Positions 30,095-40,328 of a DNA stretch of 64,000 nt are shown one piece after another. A program made the position numbers and the translations under genes. This stretch comes from Spirochaetia bacterium (lineage in GTDB: Bacteria; Spirochaetota; Spirochaetia; SZUA-6; Bin103): positions 576,001-640,000 of the forward strand of contig CBDATQ010000001.1 of the NCBI GenBank assembly GCA_965199955.1, written 5' to 3'. The notes beneath the pieces are model-generated. The model ran no database searches. It was not told where the DNA came from and worked only from the letters and a program-made list of their open reading frames with translations. Every line of letters begins with the position of its first letter. Positions within the stretch are counted from its first letter, which is position 1.

Positions 30095-31531
30095 ATGAGC
30101 ACCGTCGACACGCGGCCCGTCGCCGCAGAGCCGAGCTTCAACGAAGGGCTGTCCCTGATCGTGGACCGGGCGCTGCGCCACCTGGACCTGCCGCCCGGCC
30201 TGCCGGAGCAGATCAAGGCGTGCGACTCGGTGCTGCAGCTCCACTTCCCGGTGCGGTTCGACGACGGCGTGCTGCACATTTTTCGCGGCTGGCGGGCAAC
30301 GCACAGCTCCCACCTGCTGCCGGCCAAGGGCGGCATACGCTATGCCTGCTGCGTCGACCAGGACGAGGTGGAGGCGCTGGCCGCGCTGATGACCTACAAG
30401 TGCGCGCTGGTGGACGTTCCGTTCGGTGGCTCGAAGGGCGGCGTGAACCTCGAACCGGGCGACTACTCGGAGCGCGAGCTGGAGCTCATCACACGACGCT
30501 TCGCACGGGAGCTCATCTCGCGCGGCTATCTCAGCCCCGGCGGCAACGTGCCGGCGCCGGACATGGGCACCGGCGCGCGCGAGATGGGCTGGATCGCCGA
30601 CATCTACCGGATCATGCACCCGGAGGAGATCAACGCGCTGGCGTGCGTGACCGGCAAGCCGCTCACCATCGGCGGCATTCCGGGCCGCACCGAGGCGACC
30701 GGGCGCGGCGTGCAGTTCGCGGTGCGCGAGCTCTTCCGCCGCCCCGAGGACCTGGCGCTGGCCGGCCTGGAAGGCGGCCTGGAAGGCAAGCGGATCGTCG
30801 TGCAGGGGCTGGGCAACGTGGGCTACCACCTGGCCAAGTACCTGTCCGAGGAGGACGGCGCCGTGATCGTCGGCGTGATGACGCGCGAAGGCACGGTCAT
30901 GGACGACGGCGGCATCGACGTGGACGGGCTGCGCGCCCACCTGGATGAGAACGGCGGCATCGATGGGTTTCCCGGCGGGCGCGCGGATGTCGGCGCGGAC
31001 GCGTTCCTGGCGACCCCCTGCGACCTGCTGGTCCCGGCCGCGATCGAGGGCCAGATCCACCGCGGCAACGCCGCCGCCGTGCAGGCCAGCCTGGTGGTGG
31101 AGGCGGCCAACGGCCCGGTCACCTTCGGCGGTGACGAGATCCTCAGGCAGCGCGGCATCCCGGTGCTGCCCGACCTGTTCGTGAACGCGGGCGGCGTCAC
31201 CGTCTCCTACTTCGAATGGATCAAGAACCTGTCCCACATCCGCTTCGGCCGCATGGACCGCCGCCTGGACGAGGGGCGTGGCGAGCGCATCGTCAGCGCC
31301 CTGGAAACGATGACCGGCCGCTCGGCCGATGCGTCGCTGCGCGCCGAGCTGATCTCCGGCGCCGACGAGCTGGCGCTGGTCCGCTCGGGCCTGGACGACA
31401 CCATGCGGCAGGCCTACGACGAGATCAGCCGGACCTTCCACGGGAACGACGCGATCGACGACTACCGCACCGCCGCCTACGTGGTCGCCATCACCAAGAT
31501 CGCCAACACCTACCTCGACCTGGGGGTGTAG
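30095..31531 (+). CDS. gdhA: Glu/Leu/Phe/Val dehydrogenase (glutamate dehydrogenase)
   Basis: PAKGGIRY, GGSKGG, PAPDMGT, QGLGNVG, EAANGP and NAGGVTVSYFEW motifs. Confidence 0.93.
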   Translation: MSTVDTRPVAAEPSFNEGLSLIVDRALRHLDLPPGLPEQIKACDSVLQLHFPVRFDDGVLHIFRGWRATHSSHLLPAKGGIRYACCVDQDEVEALAALMTYKCALVDVPFGGSKGGVNLEPGDYSERELELITRRFARELISRGYLSPGGNVPAPDMGTGAREMGWIADIYRIMHPEEINALACVTGKPLTIGGIPGRTEATGRGVQFAVRELFRRPEDLALAGLEGGLEGKRIVVQGLGNVGYHLAKYLSEEDGAVIVGVMTREGTVMDDGGIDVDGLRAHLDENGGIDGFPGGRADVGADAFLATPCDLLVPAAIEGQIHRGNAAAVQASLVVEAANGPVTFGGDEILRQRGIPVLPDLFVNAGGVTVSYFEWIKNLSHIRFGRMDRRLDEGRGERIVSALETMTGRSADASLRAELISGADELALVRSGLDDTMRQAYDEISRTFHGNDAIDDYRTAAYVVAITKIANTYLDLGV

Positions 31532-31542
31532 GGACCTGGGCG

Positions 31543-31814
31543 TGTAGGCGAGCCGCCGGCCGCCGGCGTCACGACCAGGCGATGCTGGAGGTCGCGAGCC
31601 GTGGCAGCGGCTGTGCGCCGATCCCGGGCTGATCCCGAACGCGGTCTGGCCTGGCTGGGTCAGCCGGGTACGGCACTCGGGTTCGGTTCCGAAGCCCTCA
31701 CCACCGCGTGCTGAGTCGAGGCCTTGATGCGCATCTGAAGCCCGACGGCTCATGCGGGGAAACGCCCGCCGCATCCACAGGTCTCTGGGGATGAACAGAG
31801 TCGAAGGTGCCTAC
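31543..31814. ncRNA. Candidate structured non-coding RNA (family unassigned)
   Basis: Non-coding gap between convergent genes; ends can pair (GTAGGC/GCCTAC); several internal hairpins; -10-like TACATT on the minus strand at 31817-31822. Confidence 0.35.
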
Positions 31815-31872
31815 CTAATGTAGTCCACGCTCCGCGAGAACAGAAGGGGGGTCTCTACTTCAGGCCGTGTTT

Positions 31873-32757
31873 CTACAGGAACCGGCGCAGACCGGTCAGC
31901 GTCTCGCGGGTGGATTCGAGGCGGGAGGCGCCTTCCTTGCTCCAGTGGGTTTCCACGCTGACGACGCCTGAGTAGCCGTCGCGGCGCAGGGCGTCCACTT
32001 GGCCGGCGTAGTCCACGGAGCCGCTGCCGATCGGCGCCCAACTCGTCAGGCCGGTGGCGTCGTCCACGACCGTGGCGTCCTTGACGTGCACGTGCATGAG
32101 GTAGGGGAGCACGGCGCGGTAGCCGTCCGGGTAGGGCACTCCGCCGGACACGAAGTCGTTGCCCGGGTCCCAGATCGCGCGCAGGCGCGGGTGGTCCACC
32201 GCGTCCAGGATGCGCGCCGCGTTGTGCCCGGAGTTGCCCCAGCAGGAGCGCACGTTCTCCAGGCCCAGGGTCACGTCGTGCTCGTCGGCGATGGCCGCCG
32301 CCGCGCGCAGCCCGGCGACGATCTTCGGCAGCAGGCCGTCGGGGATGGCCCCGCCGCGCGGCTCCCGCGGGGAGGGGTTGCCGGCCCCGGCCATGTAGCC
32401 GCGCCGGAACGAGAACAGGCGCACGATGCCGGCGCCCAGCTCGCCCGCCACCCCGCAGCTCCGCCGGATCTGCTCCAGGTGTTCGGTCACCGCGGCGTGG
32501 CGGGCGACCTCGGCCGTCGGCACCTCGTCCAGCTCGATCGCCTTGAACGATGGCGGGTCCACCGCCACGACCTGCAGCCCCTCGCCTGCGACCATCCGCC
32601 GGAGCTCGGCCACGTCGGCGCCGGACAGCTCGTGTGCGCCCTTCTCGCCGACCTTGTTGAGCTCCAGGTGAGTGAGCCCCATCTCGCGCGCCGCCGGAAA
32701 GGCGACCGCGGGATCCGCATCGATCTCATCGGTGACGACGCCCAGCTTGAAACTCAA
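31873..32757 (-). CDS. Sugar phosphate isomerase/epimerase (TIM barrel)
   Basis: GVVTDEI, LGLEN, WDPGN, HVHVKD and SVETH motifs. Confidence 0.88.
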   Translation of the reverse strand: MSFKLGVVTDEIDADPAVAFPAAREMGLTHLELNKVGEKGAHELSGADVAELRRMVAGEGLQVVAVDPPSFKAIELDEVPTAEVARHAAVTEHLEQIRRSCGVAGELGAGIVRLFSFRRGYMAGAGNPSPREPRGGAIPDGLLPKIVAGLRAAAAIADEHDVTLGLENVRSCWGNSGHNAARILDAVDHPRLRAIWDPGNDFVSGGVPYPDGYRAVLPYLMHVHVKDATVVDDATGLTSWAPIGSGSVDYAGQVDALRRDGYSGVVSVETHWSKEGASRLESTRETLTGLRRFL

Positions 32758-33545
32758 TCGTAACTACCTTGGGGATGGTCCCCCATCAGACGGCGCTGGC
32801 GCTCGCTGGCCACGGCCAGGATGTCCGGGTCGAACCGGAAGCGGTTCAGGTAGGGCGGAAACCGCTGCGCGATGCCGCGCTGCCCGTAGCTGACCTGCAG
32901 CAGATGGCGCACGCGGTCGCTGCGGTTGGCGCTGCCGCGATGCCAGACCTCGCTGCGGAAGATCACGACGTCGCCCGCGTTGCAGAGGATGCTCTGCTCC
33001 TCCCGGCCCTGCCAGGACTCCGCCCCGTCGGGCCGGCGGCCGGCGCGGTGGCTGCCGGGGATGAAGCGGGTCGGGCCGATCTCCTCGTCCAGGTCGTCCA
33101 GGTAGAAGTGGGCGGTGGCGATGTAGACCGGAATACGCACGCGCGGATCGGCCATCACGTCCTCCGGCAGCGTGAGCGCCTGGTAGTCCGCGTGCAGCGG
33201 CTGGTCGGGCCGCCCGGGCCCGGTCAGCCAGGAGGTCATGGCGATGACGTGGCAGTCGGCTCCGAGAAGGCCCTCGGTGATCTCGATGACGCCTGGGTAG
33301 TCCAGGAACTGAACGAAGTGCGGGTCGCGGTTGAAGGCGTTGTTGATCGACCGGTTGAGGAAGCCGGCCTCGGAGGCGCGGTCGTAGCTCTCGGCCAGCG
33401 GCTCCAGCCGCTCCATGTGGCTTCGAAGTTCTGCGACCTGATCGCCGTCGAGCACACCGGGCAGGTACACGTACCCGTCCCGCTCGACGGCGTTCACCCG
33501 ACTCGGCAGGTCCGGCTGGGCTACCAGCGGCAAGGCTTGCGGCAT
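32754..33545 (-). CDS. Phytanoyl-CoA dioxygenase (PhyH) family
   Basis: RDGY, LHAD, GPTRFIPGSH and WHRG motifs. Confidence 0.9.
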   Translation of the reverse strand: MPQALPLVAQPDLPSRVNAVERDGYVYLPGVLDGDQVAELRSHMERLEPLAESYDRASEAGFLNRSINNAFNRDPHFVQFLDYPGVIEITEGLLGADCHVIAMTSWLTGPGRPDQPLHADYQALTLPEDVMADPRVRIPVYIATAHFYLDDLDEEIGPTRFIPGSHRAGRRPDGAESWQGREEQSILCNAGDVVIFRSEVWHRGSANRSDRVRHLLQVSYGQRGIAQRFPPYLNRFRFDPDILAVASERQRRLMGDHPQGSYD

Positions 33546-33635
33546 CGCTTCTCAGTATACAGCTACCGTACAAGACATGGCATCCGCGAACGTTGAGCGA
33601 GATGGACGGGACGTATCAACTGACGACACGGAGGG

Positions 33636-33850
33636 ATGGCGACCACCAACGTGAGGCGCATCGATGACGAGGTTCTGCGGCGGCTCAACGGGCATGCACC
33701 CCATTCGACGTTCTCATCAGGGAAGATCGCGACAGCGGCCGTCGATTCTGACGATGCGACTGGCCGTGGACGCCAGCGTGGCCGCGAGGTGGGTCGTGGA
33801 CGAGGTCACTCCCCGGCCGCAGAGCGGCTGATCCCAGGACCACATGAGTC
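33636..33850 (+). pseudogene. Remnant of a FitA-like RHH antitoxin plus a PIN/VapC toxin start
   Basis: MATTNVRRIDDEVLRRL (RHH-like start, GGAGG RBS), then from ATG 33754 MRLAVDASVAARWVVDE/HSPAAERL (VapC-like start, frameshifted and truncated). Confidence 0.6.
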
Positions 33851-34019
33851 ATCAGGGCACTCGCACTTCGTGTAGATTCGTATACGTATATGCCATGATC
33901 CGTGAGCAACTCGTGACTCCAGGATGAACCGTAAGAATGGGTTGCGCTTCGGTACGTAGTTGACCCAGATGCGCCGATACATGAGTCTTCGAGAAGACGA
34001 CGACTTCGGAGGTGGCCTG

Positions 34020-35220
34020 ATGGCCCGCACGATCAATATCGACTCGCTTCTTGCTGGCTGCGCGGACGACTCATTCGACGACGGGGTCCGCATCGACACG
34101 GAGCTCGATCCGCTGTCCGGGCCCTGGAGGTCCGGTGAAGCCGGCGGTATACGAAGGCGGGAAGTATCAGATGGATCGCCGCTGGGCGTCCCCGACGGAT
34201 GATGCGCCGACCCCGGTAATCGTAATCGACAACGTCCCGTCGCAAGCGAACCGTCTGGAGGAGGCGATCCGCCGCCATCGGGAATCGATCGGCGTGCCCG
34301 AGCTGGTGCTCGATCTCGCGGGCGTGGGCAATCTGCCGGCCCACCTCCCGCGCCAACTGTCGAGTCTGCAGTTTCCGCATCGCAACGCGGACGCGTATCT
34401 GCGCGATGCCCGCCTAGATGACGACGACTTCACGAAGACGGATCTCGGGCTAGCGATTTTCGGCGCGACACCCGAGGCATGCGGTCCGCTGATGGCTTGG
34501 TTCCCGCAGGCGTTGCTGTACGGATTCTGGCAATCTCACTTGGGGAAGAAGCGGCAGAACACCAAGCATGCTCGTGCATGGGTGTCGGAGATCGTCGGCT
34601 GGAGCCCCGCGTCTACGGACACGAAGGTCCTCGGTCTGAAGGGTGACGCCCTGAATCTCAACACCGACGAGAGTATCACCTCCAATCCTGATGACCGGCT
34701 GAGATGGGACATCGGCAAGGTGGAGAAGGTCGAAGGAGGAAAGAAGGACAAGCTCTCCGAGATGGGCCATGGGCAGGTGCCATTCATGGGAAACGAAGCG
34801 ACCGCGGCACCCGTCTCCTTTGGTCGGGTATCACAGCGGGCGACGCTGTCGTTCGCGCAACTGAGGCGCATCTCACTGGGGCCGGACCATACTCGCGAAG
34901 CAGACGCCGCCGGACGAGCGCTCCTGGTTGCGCTCGGGCTCCATGCCCACACGCTCGCCTTCGGTCGAGGCTTCGCGCTGCGGTCCGGCGCCGAGTTGCG
35001 ACCGACGGCAGCAACGGTCACTTGGCTCGGAGGCGCAACCGACGACGCGTGCGAGGTCGGCGACGCGGCGATGACCGGAGCGTTGCTGCAAAGCGCGGTG
35101 GACAACGCGAAGTCGGCCGGCGTGCCTCTCGACGGTTGGGGCAAGCCGCCGTTGATGCTCACGCCCAAGGACAACCTCCGAACCGCGATCTGTAAGACAT
35201 GGCCGGAGCTCGATGACTGA
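34020..35220 (+). CDS. csb1: Type I-G CRISPR Cas7-family protein Csb1; apparent +1 frameshift near 34123
   Basis: GGAGGT RBS then MARTINID...PLSGP, continuing in another frame as GGPVKPAVY; IDNVPSQANRLE, FPHRNADAYLR, ALLYGFWQS and GHGQVP motifs. Confidence 0.88.
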
Positions 35221-36638
35221 TGCTCGCCATCTCGGTTGAGCTTCTGCATGGAACGTTTCGGGGTGATCCCGATGGCACCGCGAACACCGGTGGCCTTTCC
35301 CGAGGCGAATGGCCTCCAGCACCGGCGCGGCTTCTGGCGGCGATGGTTGCAGCGGACGGCACCCGAGACCGGTGCAGAGTGACCGACGGCTCCGAACTGG
35401 AGTGGTTCGAGCAGCTTCCAGCGCCGGTCATCCACGCTCACGAGGCCCCGGAGCATCAGGATCTGCAGCCGCGCTACGTCGTGCACGCGGGCAAGTCTGC
35501 GGTGAATGACACCTGTCAGGAATACATAGGGCGCAAGAGCATGGCAATGCGTCCCGGCATAAGGGTCGCGCCGCGCTATCCCCACGTGGTCTACTCGTGG
35601 GACACGGAAGCGCCGAGTCACGTGCTCGCCGCTCTCCGACGTCGCGCCGCCCGGATCGGGTATCTTGGCGCCGCGGACTCTCCGGTTCGCGTGCGCGTCG
35701 GTACTCACATGCCGAAGTCCGTCGGCGCAGCCGCTGTCTTCCAGCCTGACCTCGACGGGGACATGGAGGTCAGCGTACCCCAGGAGGGCGACGTACGGGT
35801 CCTGGACGCGATGTACGACCGTTGGGTCAAATGCGGAGCCGACGTCGCTCGCTCGCAGTTCCCAGCCCTGCGGCATCAGGTTCCGTACCGCTCACCTGCG
35901 GCCGCCGTTCAGGACGACGCCGGCACAGTGGTGGCTTGGCTGCGTTTGAACACGGCCGTCTCGGGCCGTCGTGTCACGGCGGTTACGGCACTGTTCAAGC
36001 AGGCTGTGCTCAGCCAGCACCAGAGGATTCACGGCGAGCCACCGCCGGTTCTTCACGGGCACGGCTTCACTGGATGTGGCTACGAGCTAGCTCGCTATCT
36101 GGCACTCCCTGATGCCGGGTACCCGCGGTCGCGCGGGAGGATTCACGGTCTCGCGCTCTGGATGCCGCCGGCCTGCGACTCCAACATGTGTCAGCGCGCT
36201 GGGGACGCCGCGCTCGCGGTGCAGCGTCTGACCGGTCGTGGCGTGGATGTGTCCGTCGTGCCGCGGCAAGGCGAGGACCGCCCCGTGGCTGCACATCCGG
36301 GGCGCTGGACGGGCAGATCACGCTGTTGGGTGACAGCCTTTCCGGCGATTCACGAGCGCCGCGGCGTGCTCGATCTGGAGGAAGTCTCCCGATGGTGCGC
36401 GCATGCCGGCTATCCGGCGCCGCTACGGTTCCGGTCGGCGCGCTCTCCGCTGGCTCGGGGCGCAGTGGATCTCGCCCCCGTGGAAGTGAACAGGCCTGGC
36501 AGGACTGGGTTACCCTATTCGCACGTGCAACTGTGGTTCGAGGAAGCGATCGCCGGTCCGGTCGTGATCGGCGCCGGGCGACAGCGTGGCTTCGGACTTT
36601 GCGTACCGGTGGACGATTCGGATGGCCAAGACACCTGA
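35220..36638 (+). CDS. csb2: Type I-G CRISPR protein Csb2 (Cas5/Cas6-like)
   Basis: EWPPAPARL and YLGAADS motifs; C-terminal GPVVIGAGRQRGFGLC G-loop. Confidence 0.9.
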   Translation: MLAISVELLHGTFRGDPDGTANTGGLSRGEWPPAPARLLAAMVAADGTRDRCRVTDGSELEWFEQLPAPVIHAHEAPEHQDLQPRYVVHAGKSAVNDTCQEYIGRKSMAMRPGIRVAPRYPHVVYSWDTEAPSHVLAALRRRAARIGYLGAADSPVRVRVGTHMPKSVGAAAVFQPDLDGDMEVSVPQEGDVRVLDAMYDRWVKCGADVARSQFPALRHQVPYRSPAAAVQDDAGTVVAWLRLNTAVSGRRVTAVTALFKQAVLSQHQRIHGEPPPVLHGHGFTGCGYELARYLALPDAGYPRSRGRIHGLALWMPPACDSNMCQRAGDAALAVQRLTGRGVDVSVVPRQGEDRPVAAHPGRWTGRSRCWVTAFPAIHERRGVLDLEEVSRWCAHAGYPAPLRFRSARSPLARGAVDLAPVEVNRPGRTGLPYSHVQLWFEEAIAGPVVIGAGRQRGFGLCVPVDDSDGQDT

Positions 36639-39432
36639 GCGGCGACCTCCCCGCCCGATGCCCGAATTCGGCGAGTTCTACCGAGCCATCAATCGCCGCG
36701 ATCCGTTCCCGTGGCAATCTCGGCTGGCTCACCGTGTCGCCGAAACCGAATGTTGGCCGGTTGAAGTCGGAGTGCCTACGGGACTCGGAAAGACCGCCTG
36801 CCTGGACATCGCCGTCTGGTGGCTTGCGTCCCAGGCTGATCGGTCGCCGGCTGCGCGCACAGCGCCGACTCGGATCTGGTGGCTCGTCAACAGGCGCCTG
36901 CTGGTCGATGCGACCACGGAACACGCAGAGGCGATCAGCGAAGCGCTGAGCGAGCCGCGCACGTGCGGACTCGACGGCACGGAGGCGGATGCCGTCGTGA
37001 CGGTCGCCGATCGTCTGCGCTCGCTGTCCGCAGACCCATCCGCCTCACCGCTCGAGGTGATTCGGCTTCGCGGTGGTGTCCCATCCCGTAGTCCGACGGA
37101 TCCGTCACAACCGGCGGTCCTGCTCTCCACGCTGCCGATGTACGGATCCCGCCTCCTGCTTCGCGGCTACGGGTCCACCAGGTCGATGCGGCCGATCGAC
37201 GCCGCCATGGCCGGAACCGACAGCCTCGTCATCCTGGACGAGGCGCATCTGGCCTCCCACTTAATGAGTCTGCTGCCGGCGCTCTCCGAGTGCACGCCGG
37301 GGGCGCTGCCGATTCTGGCGGGTCGTCGGTCGCGGCCTACGATGGTGGCGCTGACCGCGACCGGCGACGCGCCGGGAGCAGAGCGGTTCGATCTGGACGC
37401 TGCAGACCAGGCACACCCGATCGTCCGGCAGCGGCTCGACGCGGCGAAGCACGTGGAGTTGCGCTTGGACACCGGCGATGCCGGCCGACGGCTGGCGGAG
37501 GCGACGCTTACGCTCATAGCCGGCGCATCCGCTCCGGCAGGGTGCCTGGTCTTCGCGAACACTCCGGCAACGGCCCGCGCGGCCTTTCGTTTCCTGAGAA
37601 CCGCGATCGTCGAAGAGACGGCGGAAGTCCTTCTGCTGACCGGCCGCGCCCGGGAGCGGGAGGCGGAACGTACTCGACGGCTGATCCTCGATCCCGTGCA
37701 CGGGATGGCTTCGACGCGTGATCGCGGGGGCGGTCGCCAACGCCACCTGATCGTGATCGCAACGCAGACACTGGAGGTTGGTGCCGACATCGACGCCGAG
37801 TTCCTCGTGACGGAAGCATGCGGCGTACGGGCGTTGACGCAGCGACTCGGACGGTTGAACCGGCTGGGACGCTATCCTCATGCGAGCGCCGTCTATGTTC
37901 ACCTGCCCCCTCCCAGGGACAGGCGGAAGGGACCTCAGGATGCTGAGACGTGGCCGGTCTACGGCCGTGAACCTGCGATGGTGCTGCGGAGACTGCAGGA
38001 TGCCATACAAGGTGACGGCAGCGGCAGAACGACGGTGAACCTCTCACCCCGGCGGATTGCCGAGACGCTCGGGCAGCCGGAAGATGATCCCGGGCGCGCT
38101 CCGGAGATCCTGAACGGTCTTCTTTGGGAGTGGGTGAAGACCACGACGCCTCCCGAGGGCGAGGCTCCGGTCGAACCCTACTTCTCCGGCATTGCCGCTC
38201 CGGAGTACTCGGTGGCGCTGATCTGGCGCGTTCACGTTCCACGGGACGGCGACGTGCTGTGGCCGCGAGCGACCGACCGTGAGGCCGTCGAGGTGCCGCT
38301 CGGCGAAGTTCGGGACGTGTTCGGCGACGAAGAGGAGCTGCGCCGGCTCGCTCCCGACGGCGTGACGATGGAGACGGCTTCTGCCGCGGATCTTCGTCCG
38401 GGTAACGTTATCGTGCTGGATTCGGAGCGGGGCTTGCTTGACCAGTTTGGATGGGATCCCGAGTCTTCAGCCCTCGTCGTCGATGCATCGATCGCAGACT
38501 CCGGACTGCCCTTGGACGCGGAGGCGATCCGGCGTCTGTGCGGGGTTTCCATCAGCGCTCTGGTCAACCGGGCACTGGGGATCGTCGCTGACGATGAGGA
38601 TCTCGATGAGTCCGACCGTACTGAGGCCGTCGACCAGGTCCTGGAGGCGATCGGCGCTGCAACGCCAGTCGGCTGGGACGAATCGGACTGGCGCGAGCTG
38701 ATCGCCGACTTGGAGCGACAGGTCGACACCGTGCCGAACGAGGTCCCGCGTCTGCCCAGGCGTGAAGCCCGCGAGCCAAGCAGCGACGAGCTCGATGAGC
38801 TGTCCCAAGCCGACCCCGCGGTCGAGCTGGACCGTCACAATGAAGCCGTCGCGGCGCGATCGAGAACGATTGCGGAACGGCTCGGTGTCTCGTCCGATCT
38901 GGCTGCCGTGGTCGAGCGGGCCGGCCGTTCCCATGATCTCGGGAAGGTCGATGGACGGTTCCAACGATGGCTCGATCCCGACGGGAGCCAGCTCGTCCCG
39001 ATGGCCAAGTCGCAGATGCGGCGCAGTCAGTGGAACGCTGCTCGGATCGCCGCTGGATGGCCGCGCGGGGGCCGCCATGAGGAGCTCTCGGCGCGTCTGG
39101 TTCGCGGATGGCTGGAAGCCCGGCCCGATCGGTTTGACCCGCTGATGGCAGATCTGCTCGTCCACCTGATCGTCAGTCATCACGGCAGCGGCCGACCGCT
39201 GGTGATGCCGGTCGATGACCATGCGACCGACGACGTGTCCTTCGAAATCGAGGGTGCGCGCGTCAGTGTGCCGGCCGATCTGTCGACAATCGACTGGAGT
39301 CAGCCGGCGCGGTTCAGACGCCTCAACGAACGGTTCGGACCCTGGGGATTGGCTCTCCTGGAGGCGATCGTGCGGCGGGCCGACCACGCTGTCTCGGCAG
39401 GATCGCGCGTGAGTGAGTTGGAGGTTCGCTGA
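36622..39432 (+). CDS. cas3: Type I-G Cas3 helicase with a C-terminal HD nuclease
   Basis: PFPWQ, VPTGLGKT, DEAH, ATQTLEVGADID and QRLGRLNR motifs; C-terminal HDLGK...SHHG...RADH. Confidence 0.95.
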   Translation: MAKTPERRPPRPMPEFGEFYRAINRRDPFPWQSRLAHRVAETECWPVEVGVPTGLGKTACLDIAVWWLASQADRSPAARTAPTRIWWLVNRRLLVDATTEHAEAISEALSEPRTCGLDGTEADAVVTVADRLRSLSADPSASPLEVIRLRGGVPSRSPTDPSQPAVLLSTLPMYGSRLLLRGYGSTRSMRPIDAAMAGTDSLVILDEAHLASHLMSLLPALSECTPGALPILAGRRSRPTMVALTATGDAPGAERFDLDAADQAHPIVRQRLDAAKHVELRLDTGDAGRRLAEATLTLIAGASAPAGCLVFANTPATARAAFRFLRTAIVEETAEVLLLTGRAREREAERTRRLILDPVHGMASTRDRGGGRQRHLIVIATQTLEVGADIDAEFLVTEACGVRALTQRLGRLNRLGRYPHASAVYVHLPPPRDRRKGPQDAETWPVYGREPAMVLRRLQDAIQGDGSGRTTVNLSPRRIAETLGQPEDDPGRAPEILNGLLWEWVKTTTPPEGEAPVEPYFSGIAAPEYSVALIWRVHVPRDGDVLWPRATDREAVEVPLGEVRDVFGDEEELRRLAPDGVTMETASAADLRPGNVIVLDSERGLLDQFGWDPESSALVVDASIADSGLPLDAEAIRRLCGVSISALVNRALGIVADDEDLDESDRTEAVDQVLEAIGAATPVGWDESDWRELIADLERQVDTVPNEVPRLPRREAREPSSDELDELSQADPAVELDRHNEAVAARSRTIAERLGVSSDLAAVVERAGRSHDLGKVDGRFQRWLDPDGSQLVPMAKSQMRRSQWNAARIAAGWPRGGRHEELSARLVRGWLEARPDRFDPLMADLLVHLIVSHHGSGRPLVMPVDDHATDDVSFEIEGARVSVPADLSTIDWSQPARFRRLNERFGPWGLALLEAIVRRADHAVSAGSRVSELEVR

Positions 39433-40328
39433 TGGCCGAAGTGGTGTCCGCCGGGCTGCCGGCCTCCTGGCTCAACGCGTGGCTGGCAGCGGTGGGCGCT
39501 ACGGTGATCGACACACGGGTCCGCCTCCACTGGACATCGGAGAAGACTCCGGTGGCAGTCCTGAGCGCCGATGGCGGCGATCCGGTGACGATCCTGACAG
39601 ACTCCTGGCCGACGACCGACGTACTCGATGCCATGCCCATCGCCGAGCATTGGGGTGACACGCCACAGTTGCGCAGAAAGGTGCCCGTCGACGCCTTCAT
39701 CCGCAGAGCCCGCGCCACACGTGGCCACGCGCACTCGTGGACCCTGTCGTCGACCATGACGGATCTCGACCTGGACAAAGGTGGTGAGGTTGCGCACGCT
39801 CCGTTCGATCCAGCCGGGCCCGGGACGATCAAATGGCTGCATCATCGCCTTCTGAAGGTTCACTGCTTGATTGAACCATCGGTTGAACGGCTCATGGATT
39901 CGTTCGCCGGCCGGGCGGCGAGGGTAACGGACAACGGGTTGGGGTTCGACCTGACCAGGCTGGGTTCGCAGTCCGATGACTCCAAGCCTGCGGTCGATCC
40001 AGTCGTTGAGGTGCTCGCGTTCTTCGGTCTCTCTCTCTTGCCCTTCCGGGGCAGGGGAACCGACAGAAGGCTGCACAGCGGATCGTTCCCGCCGGCCGTC
40101 CAGAGAAGTTGGTTGAAGGTGCCTGGTAGCAGACGCGAGCACCGATTCACGTGGCCGGCATGGAGCTCCCCGCTGGACCAAGCGGGCATCGACGCGCTTC
40201 TCGATGTGTGGAAGCCAGAGAAGAGAGTCTGGTCACGGCTCGGTGTGCATGCTGCTTGGCGGAGTGTTCGCTTCACGCCGAGAGCTACAGCGGACACGAC
40301 GCGAGGGTTCGGATCGGAGCGCCTGTGA
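39432..40328 (+). CDS. csb3: Putative short type I-G large subunit (Csb3/Cas8g-like)
   Basis: Operon position after cas3; N-terminal WLAAVG...RLHW, plus VEVLAFFGL and FTWPAWS motifs; 298 aa. Confidence 0.65.
   Translation: MAEVVSAGLPASWLNAWLAAVGATVIDTRVRLHWTSEKTPVAVLSADGGDPVTILTDSWPTTDVLDAMPIAEHWGDTPQLRRKVPVDAFIRRARATRGHAHSWTLSSTMTDLDLDKGGEVAHAPFDPAGPGTIKWLHHRLLKVHCLIEPSVERLMDSFAGRAARVTDNGLGFDLTRLGSQSDDSKPAVDPVVEVLAFFGLSLLPFRGRGTDRRLHSGSFPPAVQRSWLKVPGSRREHRFTWPAWSSPLDQAGIDALLDVWKPEKRVWSRLGVHAAWRSVRFTPRATADTTRGFGSERL

Noticed and set aside
31752..31810. Permuted tmRNA-like look (CCCGCCGCATCCACA...GGGGATGAAC)
   Set aside because: The acceptor stem does not pair properly and the coding piece would run into an opposite-strand gene
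33591..33599. CGTTGAGCG matching the repeat 3' end upstream of the cas genes (possible mini-array)
   Set aside because: Only 9 nt, no repeat hairpin, and the same 9-mer occurs inside a gene near 52080
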